A DNA stretch of 60,770 nucleotides, filler included, from Sphacelaria rigidula (taxonomy: Eukaryota): NCBI GenBank assembly GCA_964200075.2. It is 9 parts of 9 records of this genome, joined end to end, with 100 filler letters (N's around TTAATTAATTAA, not from the genome) between each part and the next. Parts side by side here need not be neighbours in the genome. Positions count along the whole stretch, not along the records: positions 47,346 to 54,008 come from CAXNAA020018757.1; positions 54,109 to 60,770 come from CAXNAA020018758.1; 7 more parts are not named here. One strand, written 5' to 3'. This document shows positions 50,621-60,770 of this stretch, one piece after another; the stretch's first letter is position 1, and each line of letters begins with the position of its first letter. The translations under genes and the position numbers were made by a program. Below the pieces are notes generated by a model that was not told the DNA's origin, ran no database searches, and worked only from the letters and a program-made list of their open reading frames with translations.

Positions 50621-52429
50621 TTCAAGATATCAAGGCCTGTGTTTGGGCGCTCGGCCGGAGCGATCTCAGTCAAGGCATATGTACTAGTGGTGATATTCAA
50701 GTAATGATAGTGCGACTGACGCCGCAACGCTCAGGGAGAAGAAGGTCGCCGCCATAGCAAAATATATCTATATACACTACCCTAGGGTGTACGGGGCACC
50801 TTCGCGCCAGGCGCGGCACGCGGTGAGCTCCAACAAAACAAACTGCTGCAGAAAGGAGGCAAGTTGGGTAGTGGTGGAGAAATAGAGGGGTAGGTGTCTC
50901 CAACAGCGAGAGAGGTGCGGACGGCCAAGAAGGAGACTCGAGACGGGCTGAAGACAAGATGAAAAATTCCTTTCAAGTCCGTAGAAAGAAAACGGAAAAA
51001 AACCCTGTAGTGATCACAAAGAAACGGAAGAATCAAATATTGCGAAACGGGGGCCAAACGGCTGGGAGCGTCGCTGGGCGCAAAAGAAGGTCAAACGGCT
51101 GGAAACGTCACTGGTTCCAGAGTAAATTCCGCGCAAACGGCTGGCGAAGTCACTCGTGAGGTGGTGCCGAAGTGGCAGAGAAAAGAGTATGATAATCCGA
51201 GAGAGGTAGAGTAGTCAGAGGTCAAAGTGGCAGAAAAGGTGAGATTCCGAGGGAGGGGTAGAGCAGCCAGTGGTGCGGAAGTCGCAGAAAAGTGTGAAAT
51301 TCTGAATGAATGAATCGACGAAAGCGCAAATTCCCAAGAGTAAATAGGAGATGCTGTTCATCACAGAGAAACGGAAGAATCAAATACTGGCCGCTGGTGC
51401 GTCGGACTTCGAAGGGATGGTGCGCTGTCAGGCCCCGTAATTGTTGCACCTGTGTCCAGAGACCCGGAATGCGGACAAACTTAATGAATAAGAATAATAT
51501 ATATATATATATATATATATTGGACGCGCAATACGCGTGCAGTCCAAGGGTATCAATATATATATTACGCCGGCAATATATAGCAAAATTCCAATATAAT
51601 CGACTAACATATATTGAAAAGATTTTGTATCGTCCAGGGTGTGAAGCTCTGTAAGACTTCGTACCCTCAACCCTTATACAGCGAGCGTCGCCTCGGAACA
51701 GTTTCACAGGCTGACAGTCTGGAAACATTCGGGGGTTTCCAGTGGTTCGGGGGGGGGTGGTTTTTGAGAACAGGGGGGTGTCTGTCCGCAGAGCAGCCAA
51801 AAAGCTCACCAAGTCAACCATGTGTGTTTGGAGGTGTCCCACGAAAGATTCTAAATTAGGAACGAGGCCCGAAGGGCGCGGAATGACCATTCTGACCAGT
51901 CAAGGCCGTCAAAATGAGCACGTAGTTCCCCTACAGGTGGACTACAGGTGGACTACTTCGCTCTCTATGGGCATATCTCAGTTGGCCACGGCAAATCAAC
52001 CATACATGACATGAGTACAAATTACGTGTTTTGTTTTCTGGTCGAGGTCTGTTCCGCCTGTCTGACGCCTCATGTGTTGCCAGCATAGTTTCACACTGTC
52101 CATCAGCTGTAGTGTTGTTGAACACTAAGCAAAGGCATCAGGAGCGTGCTGTAAATTGTTTTCAGTGAAGAGCGATGGCACGCTGACTGTTTCTTGCCGT
52201 TGTATCCAGCGGAGACTTACCGCACACACACAGACTCTGTACGCTATTGACTGCTCGGTCAAAACGGGTCAGGGGTTCTCCGGGACTGTTTTCTATATAG
52301 ATGCCCAGCATCAACATGACTAAAAAAAAAAGGCGTTTTGGGTAGCGAGAAAAGAGCTGTTCTGAACCCCAAATGTGGCACAGTGCAATTCAGTCCAGCT
52401 GTGAGGTGACTGCCGACTGAGGGTTAACC

Positions 52430-52860
52430 GATAGTTCTGCGTGTTCAGCACGCCTCCCGTACCATCACCGGTGGGCACGGGTATGTTCTTGATAAGATAC
52501 CCGATTGCAGGTACGGTTTTCTGTGCAACCTTCGTACCCTAACCGACAGTTCCCGTCAGTTTTGTAAGCCTTCCATACCCTTAACCGACAGTTCCGTGAG
52601 TTCTGCACAAAATGTCTACCCGTACCCGGAGCACGGGTATGCCATTGGAGAAATACCCGATTGGTGGTGCGTACAGTTTTCTGTAAGCCTCACATACCCT
52701 ACCCGACAAGTTCTGTAGTTTCTGCAAGACTTTCAAACCGGTACCCGACAGTTTTGTAATTTTCGTAAGACTTGCATACCGGTACCCGGTATTTTTGTAA
52801 GTTTCGTAAGGAATCCCATACCCTAGAAAACATACCTGTACCATACACAACACAACCTTG
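52430..52860. mobile_element. Transposon terminal region with GTACCCG/CCGACAG repeats; near-identical inverted copy at 53885-54008
   Basis: 52737-52852 is essentially the exact reverse complement of 53893-54008. Confidence 0.75.
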
Positions 52861-54684
52861 CAATCTTTCTATGAGTCATTACGCAACTTTCGTAGGTCGA
52901 GATTTTTTTACTTCAAGGTATTTTCACCGTTTTCGGGGGTCCGACGTTTTCTGGGGAAAGTTGGATTCCGTCGTACCTCCAAAAAGCGAAAAATAACTCG
53001 TTTATCCAAAGCTGCATAATGACCCATAGCACACTTGTGCAAAATTTCAGGGTCTAGCTCCAGGAAACGGCGCGAGTTTCGCGCGTTTGGGCAATGGCGC
53101 GAGCTTGGTTTCAGTAAAAACGTTTTTGGGCGTACTTTTACATCAAGGGGAGAAAAACTGTATGAGGTTCTCGAGTTTCTCCACCAAACTTCATACATAT
53201 GTTCCTTGAACTACCCCAGGGTGCATTATGTTACTTTTCTTTCCGGGGGTCTTCACACTGGGACCCTCGGAAGCCGGTAGAGAAAGGAGACACTTTAAAT
53301 ATCGTAAAAAAATAATGTTTCATGTGGAGCATCAATACCTACGGAACTACCAAGTTTAAGGGCGATCTAAGCTTTTTTACGACAGATATAAGGAAAACCG
53401 TCACGAAGCTCCCTGGGTCGTTTGTGCTCACCACCCGTAGAAATTAGGCGACGCCGAAACCCCACATCGCCCAAACACCACATTTCGGGTATAATCCACC
53501 CCCGTTGTAACTGTTGTCAAATATGTATATTCCGTTAGATCAATGAGTCGATGGCGGTTACTACGATTTGAAGTATGTACAGATTGGGTAAAAATTGGGC
53601 TTGGAATTCGTATTTTCGGTTTCGGAACGATTCGACGGGCGCTGATTGGCCGCGGTACCTTTTCGCCCTTAGCGCCACCACGATGGCCTTGAACAAAAAT
53701 CCGGCTATGTCACCCTCTTCAGCTGTCTATGGCGGTCGATATGTACACGACTAGTGGGTAGGTATTGCGAAAGGTATTCGCTGATGAAACAATTTGGGGT
53801 CAAGAGTGTAAACCAGCTTGTAGATTCCGCCGATTCCTACCGAAGAGCCTCTGATTCGTTGAACTTTCCACTTCACAAAAATCGAAGGTTTGGTTGTGTA
53901 TGGTACAGGTATGTTTTCTAGGGTATGGGATTCCTTACGAAACTTACAAAAATACCGGGTACCGGTATGCAAGTCTTACGAAAATTACAAAACTGTCGGG
54001 TACCGGTTNNNNNNNNNNNNNNNNNNNNNNNNNNNNNNNNNNNNNNNNNNNNTTAATTAATTAANNNNNNNNNNNNNNNNNNNNNNNNNNNNNNNNNNNN
54101 NNNNNNNNTTCGTATTTTCCCTTCAATAGAGAAATGGGACTTCACCCTCATTTTATGTTTCAACCCCAAAAATTAGGATCGGCTGTTAAGCGGTACGTAG
54201 ACTTCCTAGAGATCTTGAAGGATAGAAGCTGGTACAAAGTGTGGGGGAATCGTTGGCCTCAGAAACATGCGTGAAAAAACAGTCGCTGGTGAGGAAGCCG
54301 TTGCTGGGCTGCGGCAATCCTACTATTCTTGGTCAGAACTTGAATCTCAGAAGTTGATGACGGTTCCCACACGACCTATAAGCGGTCTCCTACGCTCATA
54401 CCGTTGCCCAATTCCGAAAAATAGCGGGAATACTAGCGGCCGGGTTCTCTGAAGAACGACGAGCTTCAAAAGGCTGAACTATCCATCATAGTTGGGGTGG
54501 TCGGCGCTCGTATGTATGGATACCCATGATCTGTGCTTTGCTGCAAGTTCCACTCGGTTTTGTGAATTTGTCTTTGGCCTCCACTAGTACGGTTAGTACT
54601 GTATATACGAGTGACTGACTAGTTTCGTCAGTTTAACCTAGACTCGTGTAGTAGATGCCGTGTGAGCGGGTGACTAGTGACGGA

Positions 54685-55715
54685 GGATCCTGGAAATGGG
54701 GTTTAATTCTCAAATGGAGCTGAGTCCATCTTCCGAAAATTGACATCTTCCCCGAACAGTTTCTTCGCAAAAAGAACCAACTGAGGATTTTACTTGTCTG
54801 TCGAAACTTCCTCTATAGCTTGCCTTGTCGCGCAGTGTTTCTCTGGTCTCTGAAGCCATATGCATCTCCTTTCGTATATTCAAAGCGGCTTTGACTAGGC
54901 GAGCGGAAGAGCTTTCGTCGGCTTCCTTTCGCTGTCGTCAAAACTTGTTCCAGGTTTCTGTCAAACGTCTCTCGAAATGATGATGGAGGGAATACTTTCA
55001 TGACCATTAAAATACCGCCGTTGGCATTCGGAAAGGAATTTCGTTGCTGGGAACGTATCACAGATGTGAACATGGGAACTTTCCAAAACTTTCATAGGTC
55101 CCAACTCCCCGCCCGTGCGAATTTCCCCAGAGCTCGTGATTGTTTCCGGCATTATGTTCTTCAAAGATGAGGGAATCCGATGAAAAACAACGTTCTCGTG
55201 AGATTGAGAGTAGAGGATAAGATTGAGAGTGAAAGCGGTCAATTAGTGAATGAATCGTTTCAGTTCCGACATGGCCCTCCACGAGGCCCGATATGCTTTC
55301 TGCAGTAGCTTGCTAGCGAAGCCCTTGATATCCCTGAGTAGGATATCGACGTGTAGCTGTAAGCACGCGCTAGTGATGAAGGCAAAGAAAAGCACACACG
55401 GAATGGAAAATTGGCTAAGTCAAAGCAAATGATCAATGCCACTCTCAGTCAGCGCTCTACTCTCAATCTCACGAAACGCTGTTGAAAGTGGCTCCTCTCC
55501 CTTACCTGGTGAGAGCCGTTTCAAGTGTAGCAAAAGAGATACACATATTTTGACACCGGAGCAGCAGTGGGCAACAAGGCAAGCTAGGGGACGTTTCAAC
55601 AGAAAGATGAAATTCCCAGCAGGTCGTTTTTGGAAAACTGTTCCGGAGAAAATGTGAATTTTCGGAAGGTGGGTTCAGCCCCATTTAACACTTCAACCTC
55701 ATTTTCCAGGGCCCT
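54685..55715. mobile_element. Older long-TIR element (~210-bp diverged TIRs) containing a nested M2 MITE
   Basis: 54685-54895 aligns with the reverse complement of 55510-55715. Its end resembles the element terminus at ~33905-33930. Confidence 0.65.
55186..55483. mobile_element. MITE family M2, GAAA target-site duplication
   Basis: AACAACGTTCTCGTGAGATTGAGAGTAGA...TCTACTCTCAATCTCACGAAACGCTGTT with GAAA on both flanks. Confidence 0.9.
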
Positions 55716-55736
55716 TTGTGTAGTGGTGTCAGTGTG

Positions 55737-55935
55737 TGTAATGCGTGAGAGGACCGCGTGCTTAGAGGACCGCGCCATAGTTCAAAATACCTCAGGATCA
55801 ACGTTTTTCAAAACCAATTGGGCCAGTCCCTGCAGGTACTACGCCCCTGACCATAACCCTAACCCTTACCCTAACCATAAGGATGTTCATATTCCGATGC
55901 GGTCCTTTAAGCACGCGGTCCTCCCACGCATTACA
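55737..55935. mobile_element. MITE with TGT...ACA ends, ~37-bp TIRs and internal telomere-like repeats
   Basis: TGTAATGCGTG.GAGGACCGCGTGCTTA is inverted at 55900-55935. CCCTGA-CCATAA-CCCTAA-CCCTTA-CCCTAA-CCATAA lies at ~55845-55880. Confidence 0.8.
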
Positions 55936-55999
55936 ATGTGGCTAACGTTCGAACTAAGTAATGAATACATTTATTTGTCGCTATTTGAATCCCTCCCCT

Positions 56000-56280
56000 C
56001 CCTCGGGATGAGTCCGTGGTCTCTAGGGACCGACCCATCCCCCCCCCCCGATACATGCCTTACATTTTGGTCTCGCGGATTGGGTGAGCACTCCTGCACC
56101 GCGTTAACTCACGTCAAACGAACTCCGTCGACTACTTTGTTTACTCACGTTCTCACACTTTCGACGGTGGAAATCAGCCATTACGAAGAGGAAACCCAAC
56201 ACATCGGGAATCGAACCCTCGTTCTCTCCACCCTAACGGCGACAGTCGGACTATTACACCACCGGGGCGCGGCGGCTACC
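56000..56280 (-). mobile_element. tRNA-derived SINE, family 1 (best-preserved copy)
   Basis: Minus strand reads GCCCCGGTGGTGTAATAG (A-box-like) ... GGGTTCGATTCCC (B box). Confidence 0.78.
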
Positions 56281-56319
56281 GTAAGGTCGAATTCCTCGGT
56301 GCCTACGCTTGGATGGGTT

Positions 56320-56560
56320 GGACGGTATAACTATAAGTTATACCTATTTCCACTGAAGGAGTTGTACGATATAACTCAGCGGTACTTCCCCCCACTGAAT
56401 GGTTTATACATTATAGCTCAGGGGTAATTTCCTCCACCGGATGGGTTTTATGGTATAGTGTAACTCAGTCATACATTTTCCCACCGCATGTGTTCTATGG
56501 TGCAGTATACCTCAGTGGTACTTTTTTTTCTTTCCATTGGCTGAGTTATACAGTATACAG
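56320..56560 (+). repeat. Degenerate ~43-bp minisatellite
   Basis: About 5 units of (T)ATAACTCAG.GGTA.TT.CC.CCAC.G. Confidence 0.65.
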
Positions 56561-56930
56561 CAGGAGATTTTGAAGGTTGAGAAATAATTCTTTTCTTCAT
56601 TGAGACGTAAAATGGATGAGGGCGGGTCTTACCACATCATTTTTCGATCAAAAATGTGCGGTCGAAAAAAATATCCCAATCTGATACGTCGTGAGTTCAG
56701 CTATCGCTAGGGTTGGGGACTGGACGAGTATCTACTGACAGTATTCCTGTACTGGCAGTTTTCCTGTACTGCGTCAGAGGGCTGCCAGTTCAGCCAGTAC
56801 ATACCCATCTTACGTACGTCCNNNNNNNNNNGTCCTATATTATGCCTCCTAAACCACATGGAAACCCACCGAAACTGCGCCGCATGAGAGGCAGAAAAGG
56901 AGAAAGGTTGAGAGTAGGGCACACACACTA

Positions 56931-57186
56931 TGTTCGAGTGATATAGATACCCAGTAATGCTGGATCTACGTAGAACCGGGGATCGGGGTGACGTACAAGT
57001 ACCGACAGTCAAGTGTGTGCAAATGCGGTACAGTACGGCTGAGAGCAGCGGAGCAGTCCGCCACCCTTGATCATTCTCATTCATCTACTCTCCATCTCAT
57101 CAGCACTCTCCCAAGTTACAGTAGAACTTGGGTGCTCTTCAATAAAGATCTCAAACCATTACCCTGTGCCTGAGCCAAGGAATACA
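56931..57186 (+). repeat. Probable 5' LTR of the copia element
   Basis: TGT...ACA ends, AATAAA at 57141, immediately followed by PBS-like TGGTGATC (57188) and the gag ATG at 57212. Confidence 0.65.
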
Positions 57187-57211
57187 CTGGTGATCAATCG
57201 ATTGGGCAAGT

Positions 57212-60200
57212 ATGGCTAGGAACGATGGTAACGCTCTGTCTTCAGAAGAGAGATTGGACGGGCTGACGAGTCAAATCGAAAATATGATGAGTCTGTTCAG
57301 TGGTCAGTTTAGCACACTGACAGAGATGGTTAGATATGTACAATCTACACAAACTGTAATACAGGGTAGAGTAAATGGCATCGAAGATAGAGAGTCCGGA
57401 GGCACGAGGTGGAGTGGCGTCGTCAAAAGCGAAGAAGACCAAGCAACACAACAACACCAGGCTGACAACTCAGCCAGCCACAGCACACCTCACGGGCGAA
57501 GACGCAGCCGCGGGGGCGAGCACGGAGCTCCGAGCTGGAGCGACCACAGGACAGCAAGCGACCGAGCAAGGGGTGCAGACCCCGCAAGTGAGTCCGTCGC
57601 AATGTTCGGTCACGATCGACCAAGTGTCCAAAATATGTCTGGGGTCACGGTTTTCAAGGCAACTGGACCTAAGTTCTCTGGAAAGAGTTCAGAGCTCAAC
57701 CACTACAATCACGAACTAATCATGTTTGCCAGGAGCGAAGCAGTTGATTGGGTGTTCACTATGTCAGAAGATAGGGCAAATGATGTGGAGGTGGGAAACA
57801 AGGCGTTATCCTTAAGTTATCTTGAAGCAAGGCACGGAAAGGGCACTGTAGCTGCAAATGTGAGAGCGAGGCAAATGCTGGTGGCGAGTCTCGAACATAA
57901 GCGGAACCAGGATGTTCTGTTCAGAATTTCGTCTCCTGCAGCTGTGTGGCGTGAGTTGAATGATTTCTGCAGCCCCAAGACCAACGGAGCTAGATTAGCT
58001 CTTCTAGAAAAGTATGATCACGTGAAGATTGGAGGTCGCGATGATCCCGTACAAAACCTAATCGAGATGGAAGAGGTGGCGAGAGAGTTACAACCACACG
58101 ACACCAACATCATCCTGACGGAGGCGCAAACCCCCCTTAAATTTGTCAATGCGCTTCCTTGCGAGTATAACTATCAAAAACAGGCGTTGGAGGAGCGCGA
58201 AGGTCTGCTCACGAGGGAAGTCGTAGTGACGTCGGTTCGAAAACGTTTCGAATCGGCACTTTTCAAGAAGGAACTCGCCAAGGGGAATGAAACTTCCCCG
58301 GGCGACCAGGCCCTTGCTGTCAAGGGCCATCTCGGCAAACCGAACGGTTCAAACCGGAAAGGTAAACCGGGAAAGACCCAGAACCCAAGCCACGCAGGTG
58401 ATGGGGGGTAGGGCAAAAACAACCAGTCGCCGGCTTCATCAACTACGAGCCAGTCGGGGGCTGCAACGCCGTGGAGGTGCCACGTTTGTCAGAAGATGAC
58501 CACACATTGGGCGAGAGATTGTCCAGACAGGCGTTGTGCTAGGTGCAAAAAGAGAGAACATAGTTTGATTGACTGTCAGAGCACTGTGGAGGACACGGCG
58601 ACTATGGAGGACGCGGCGGTTGTGATGGGCGTGGTGGAAGACGTGGTGGACGACGACCCCGTCTGTTCGGATGCTGATGCAAAAGCTTTCACCAGCCTCG
58701 ACATGACGGTAGATGAGGTCAACACAGGCGAGTATGCGTTTGCAACTGGGAAGGGGGATGTAGAGCAGTCAGATGGGGGCGAACCGTGGGTACTTGACAC
58801 GGGAGCCACTTCGCATTTTTCTCCTATTCGAGTAACATGACGGATTATAGAAAATGCAGTGGAAGGGTACTACGGTGTGCGGGCGGTGGTACCTACCCGA
58901 TCGTGGGAAGAGGAAACTTGGCTCTATCTTCACGATCTGACGGACGCGATATAGTCTTGCATTTGAAAAATGTAGACCACGCACCTTGTGTCCGTGACCA
59001 TCTGTTGTCACTGACCAGGATGTCCACCGCGGGTCACACCTACATTGGGTCTAGTAATGGCCCAGGTTGAGTTGAAGTCAGGCAATACCCTGAAAATCCC
59101 TGGTCAGCACATGCAGTTGATAATGTACGCCCAACGCATTTATCCATAATAAGGTCATGACAAGCATGCGACAACATGCGCTGTGATTGCCCCGGGGAAA
59201 CTTCCCAACCCTCAAGTTGAAGACATACATGATTTCCATTGCAAACACGCGCATGTTCACGAGGATCTGCTCCAGCGGACTGTAAAGCAGCTCGGAGTGG
59301 AGCTGCGCGGCGAGTTGAGACCGTGCCAAGGATGCTCGGAAGGGAAAGGGACTTCGGCAGCCCATCCCAAGATCGACCCATACACGAGCAGTTGAGCCAG
59401 CTTCCAGAGTGTTTGTTGATCTCACAGGCCCAAAGCCAGTTAGATCTCGGGGAGGAAAGTCGTACATGATGATAGTACGCGATGATTACTCGCGGCAAAC
59501 TAGATCGTTTTTTCTGCGCACAAAGGACGAGCCCGTACAGTACTTTAGTAAATACATAGCAGAAATCCACCCGCGAAAGATCGAGAAGGTCCGCAATGAT
59601 GGTGGAGGTGAATTTTTGGAGGGGGCATTCGAGGAGCTATGCGATAGAGAGAAAATAAAACAAGAGAAAACAACTGCTGACTCCCCACAGTTCAACGGCG
59701 CAGCGGAGCGTGCGATTGGCATCATAGAGACGGCCGGCCTTGCAGCCAAAGCCTGGATTTTGTAGGCTTCAGAGGACAGACACGTTGCAACGAAAAGCTT
59801 AGAGCTGCTGGTGCCTTAGCCCAGCCCCAGGATACCCGCGCGATGCTATAAGAGTGATGACGGAAACAGGACAAACTATTACGACCAGGCACGTAACATG
59901 GGCGTATGCCCCCCCTACTCCTCTCCCCGCCCCACAGCAAGCGATCCCGACGCCCGACGGAGCTAGGGATGACAAGATCGAGGAAGGGACGGACGGCAGC
60001 GAGGCCGCGGAACGGCAAACTCCGGCGGCGCGTGCTTCACCCCGCGGTTCACGTCACGTGTCGTTCTTGCTCCCCAACCCAGAGCTGGACGCGGAAGCGG
60101 CACAACAGACCTCCGCTATTGGCGGGAGGGGTGAGATGACCTCGCCGCTTCCTTGCAGAAGCGGGGGGGGACGCGGGATTTTACGCAACCCTGTCCAACA

Positions 60201-60770
60201 TCTCATTGATGACGGGGGATCAGCGCCCCCCACATCGACGCCGACCGCCACATAGCCGCCGACAGCTACGTCGCCGCCGACAGTCACGTCGCCGCCGACA
60301 GCAACACCGCCGCCGATAGCTACATCGCCACCGCCAACACCGACAGAAACAACGCCGCCGATGACGTCGACAGCAACAACACCGGCAACCGTCGGGCGCA
60401 ACGACGGGGGGGGCGGTGGAACTCCCGAAATCCCAAAGATGGAGCTACCCCGTCTTGCACTCGACGATGAATTATCTCTGCCTCCACAAATGGTAGGTCG
60501 CACGCGCAGTGCGACGAGAGCGGTAGCCGACCGGAACGAGCTAGCATCGGCGGCAGAGCAACTGGAGAAAACGCTGGCATGTGAAAGAAACGAAATGTTC
60601 CCCCGCGCGATGGCGAGGGTTCAGGCGAGGGCTCAAGCAGAAACTGTACTGTATGGAATGGCGGAGGACAAGTGCGGGGTGACGGCTGATCACTGCAGCA
60701 GCCGGACCAGTGGTGGGAGGCAGCGCGGCCATGCTGATCGAAGAGACTTTTGCGGAGCAGGAGTATTTTT
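57212..60770 (+). mobile_element. Degenerate Ty1/copia gag-protease-integrase, truncated at the window end
   Basis: 399-aa gag ORF (SPAAVWRELND); frameshifted double knuckle CHVCQKMTTHWARDC / CARCKKREHSLIDC; protease WVLDTGATSH; pre-integrase FHCKHAH...CQGC; integrase FVDLTGP, RDDYSR, RNDGGGEF, PQFNGAAER; then a P/T-rich linker with 18-bp repeats at ~60230-60390. Confidence 0.93.

Overview
This is repeat-rich eukaryotic nuclear DNA, not a contiguous locus. It consists of nine unrelated scaffolds of 6664-6662 bp, sorted by decreasing length and joined by 100-bp N44-TTAATTAATTAA-N44 linkers. Gene style (short GC-rich exons, long introns) and the transposon families suggest a stramenopile, probably a brown alga of the Ectocarpus type; this is an inference. 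Two host-gene fragments are supported. One is the 3' part of a kinesin-7 (CENP-E-like) gene on the minus strand (~15.9-20.2 kb). The other is the last three exons of a predicted cell-surface beta-propeller-repeat protein with a Pro/Thr/Ser stalk and a GPI-like C-terminus (40.9-42.9 kb). The rest is mostly decayed mobile DNA: two Ty1/copia elements, a chromodomain Ty3/gypsy element plus a second gypsy fragment, two LINE types, two tRNA-derived SINE families and many MITE/foldback elements. The most notable observations are: (1) a LINE and related 3'-end family that ends in, and appears to target, poly(C)/poly(G) tracts instead of having a poly(A) tail; (2) several unrelated foldback/MITE families sharing 5'-RAC...GTY-3' ends and non-specific 4-bp target-site duplications; (3) a satellite-like array of ~100-bp piggyBac-like MITEs joined at TTAA; (4) a tRNA-shaped sequence with intact stems but an extended, anticodon-less arm; (5) one propeller repeat per 168-bp phase-0 exon in the surface protein.
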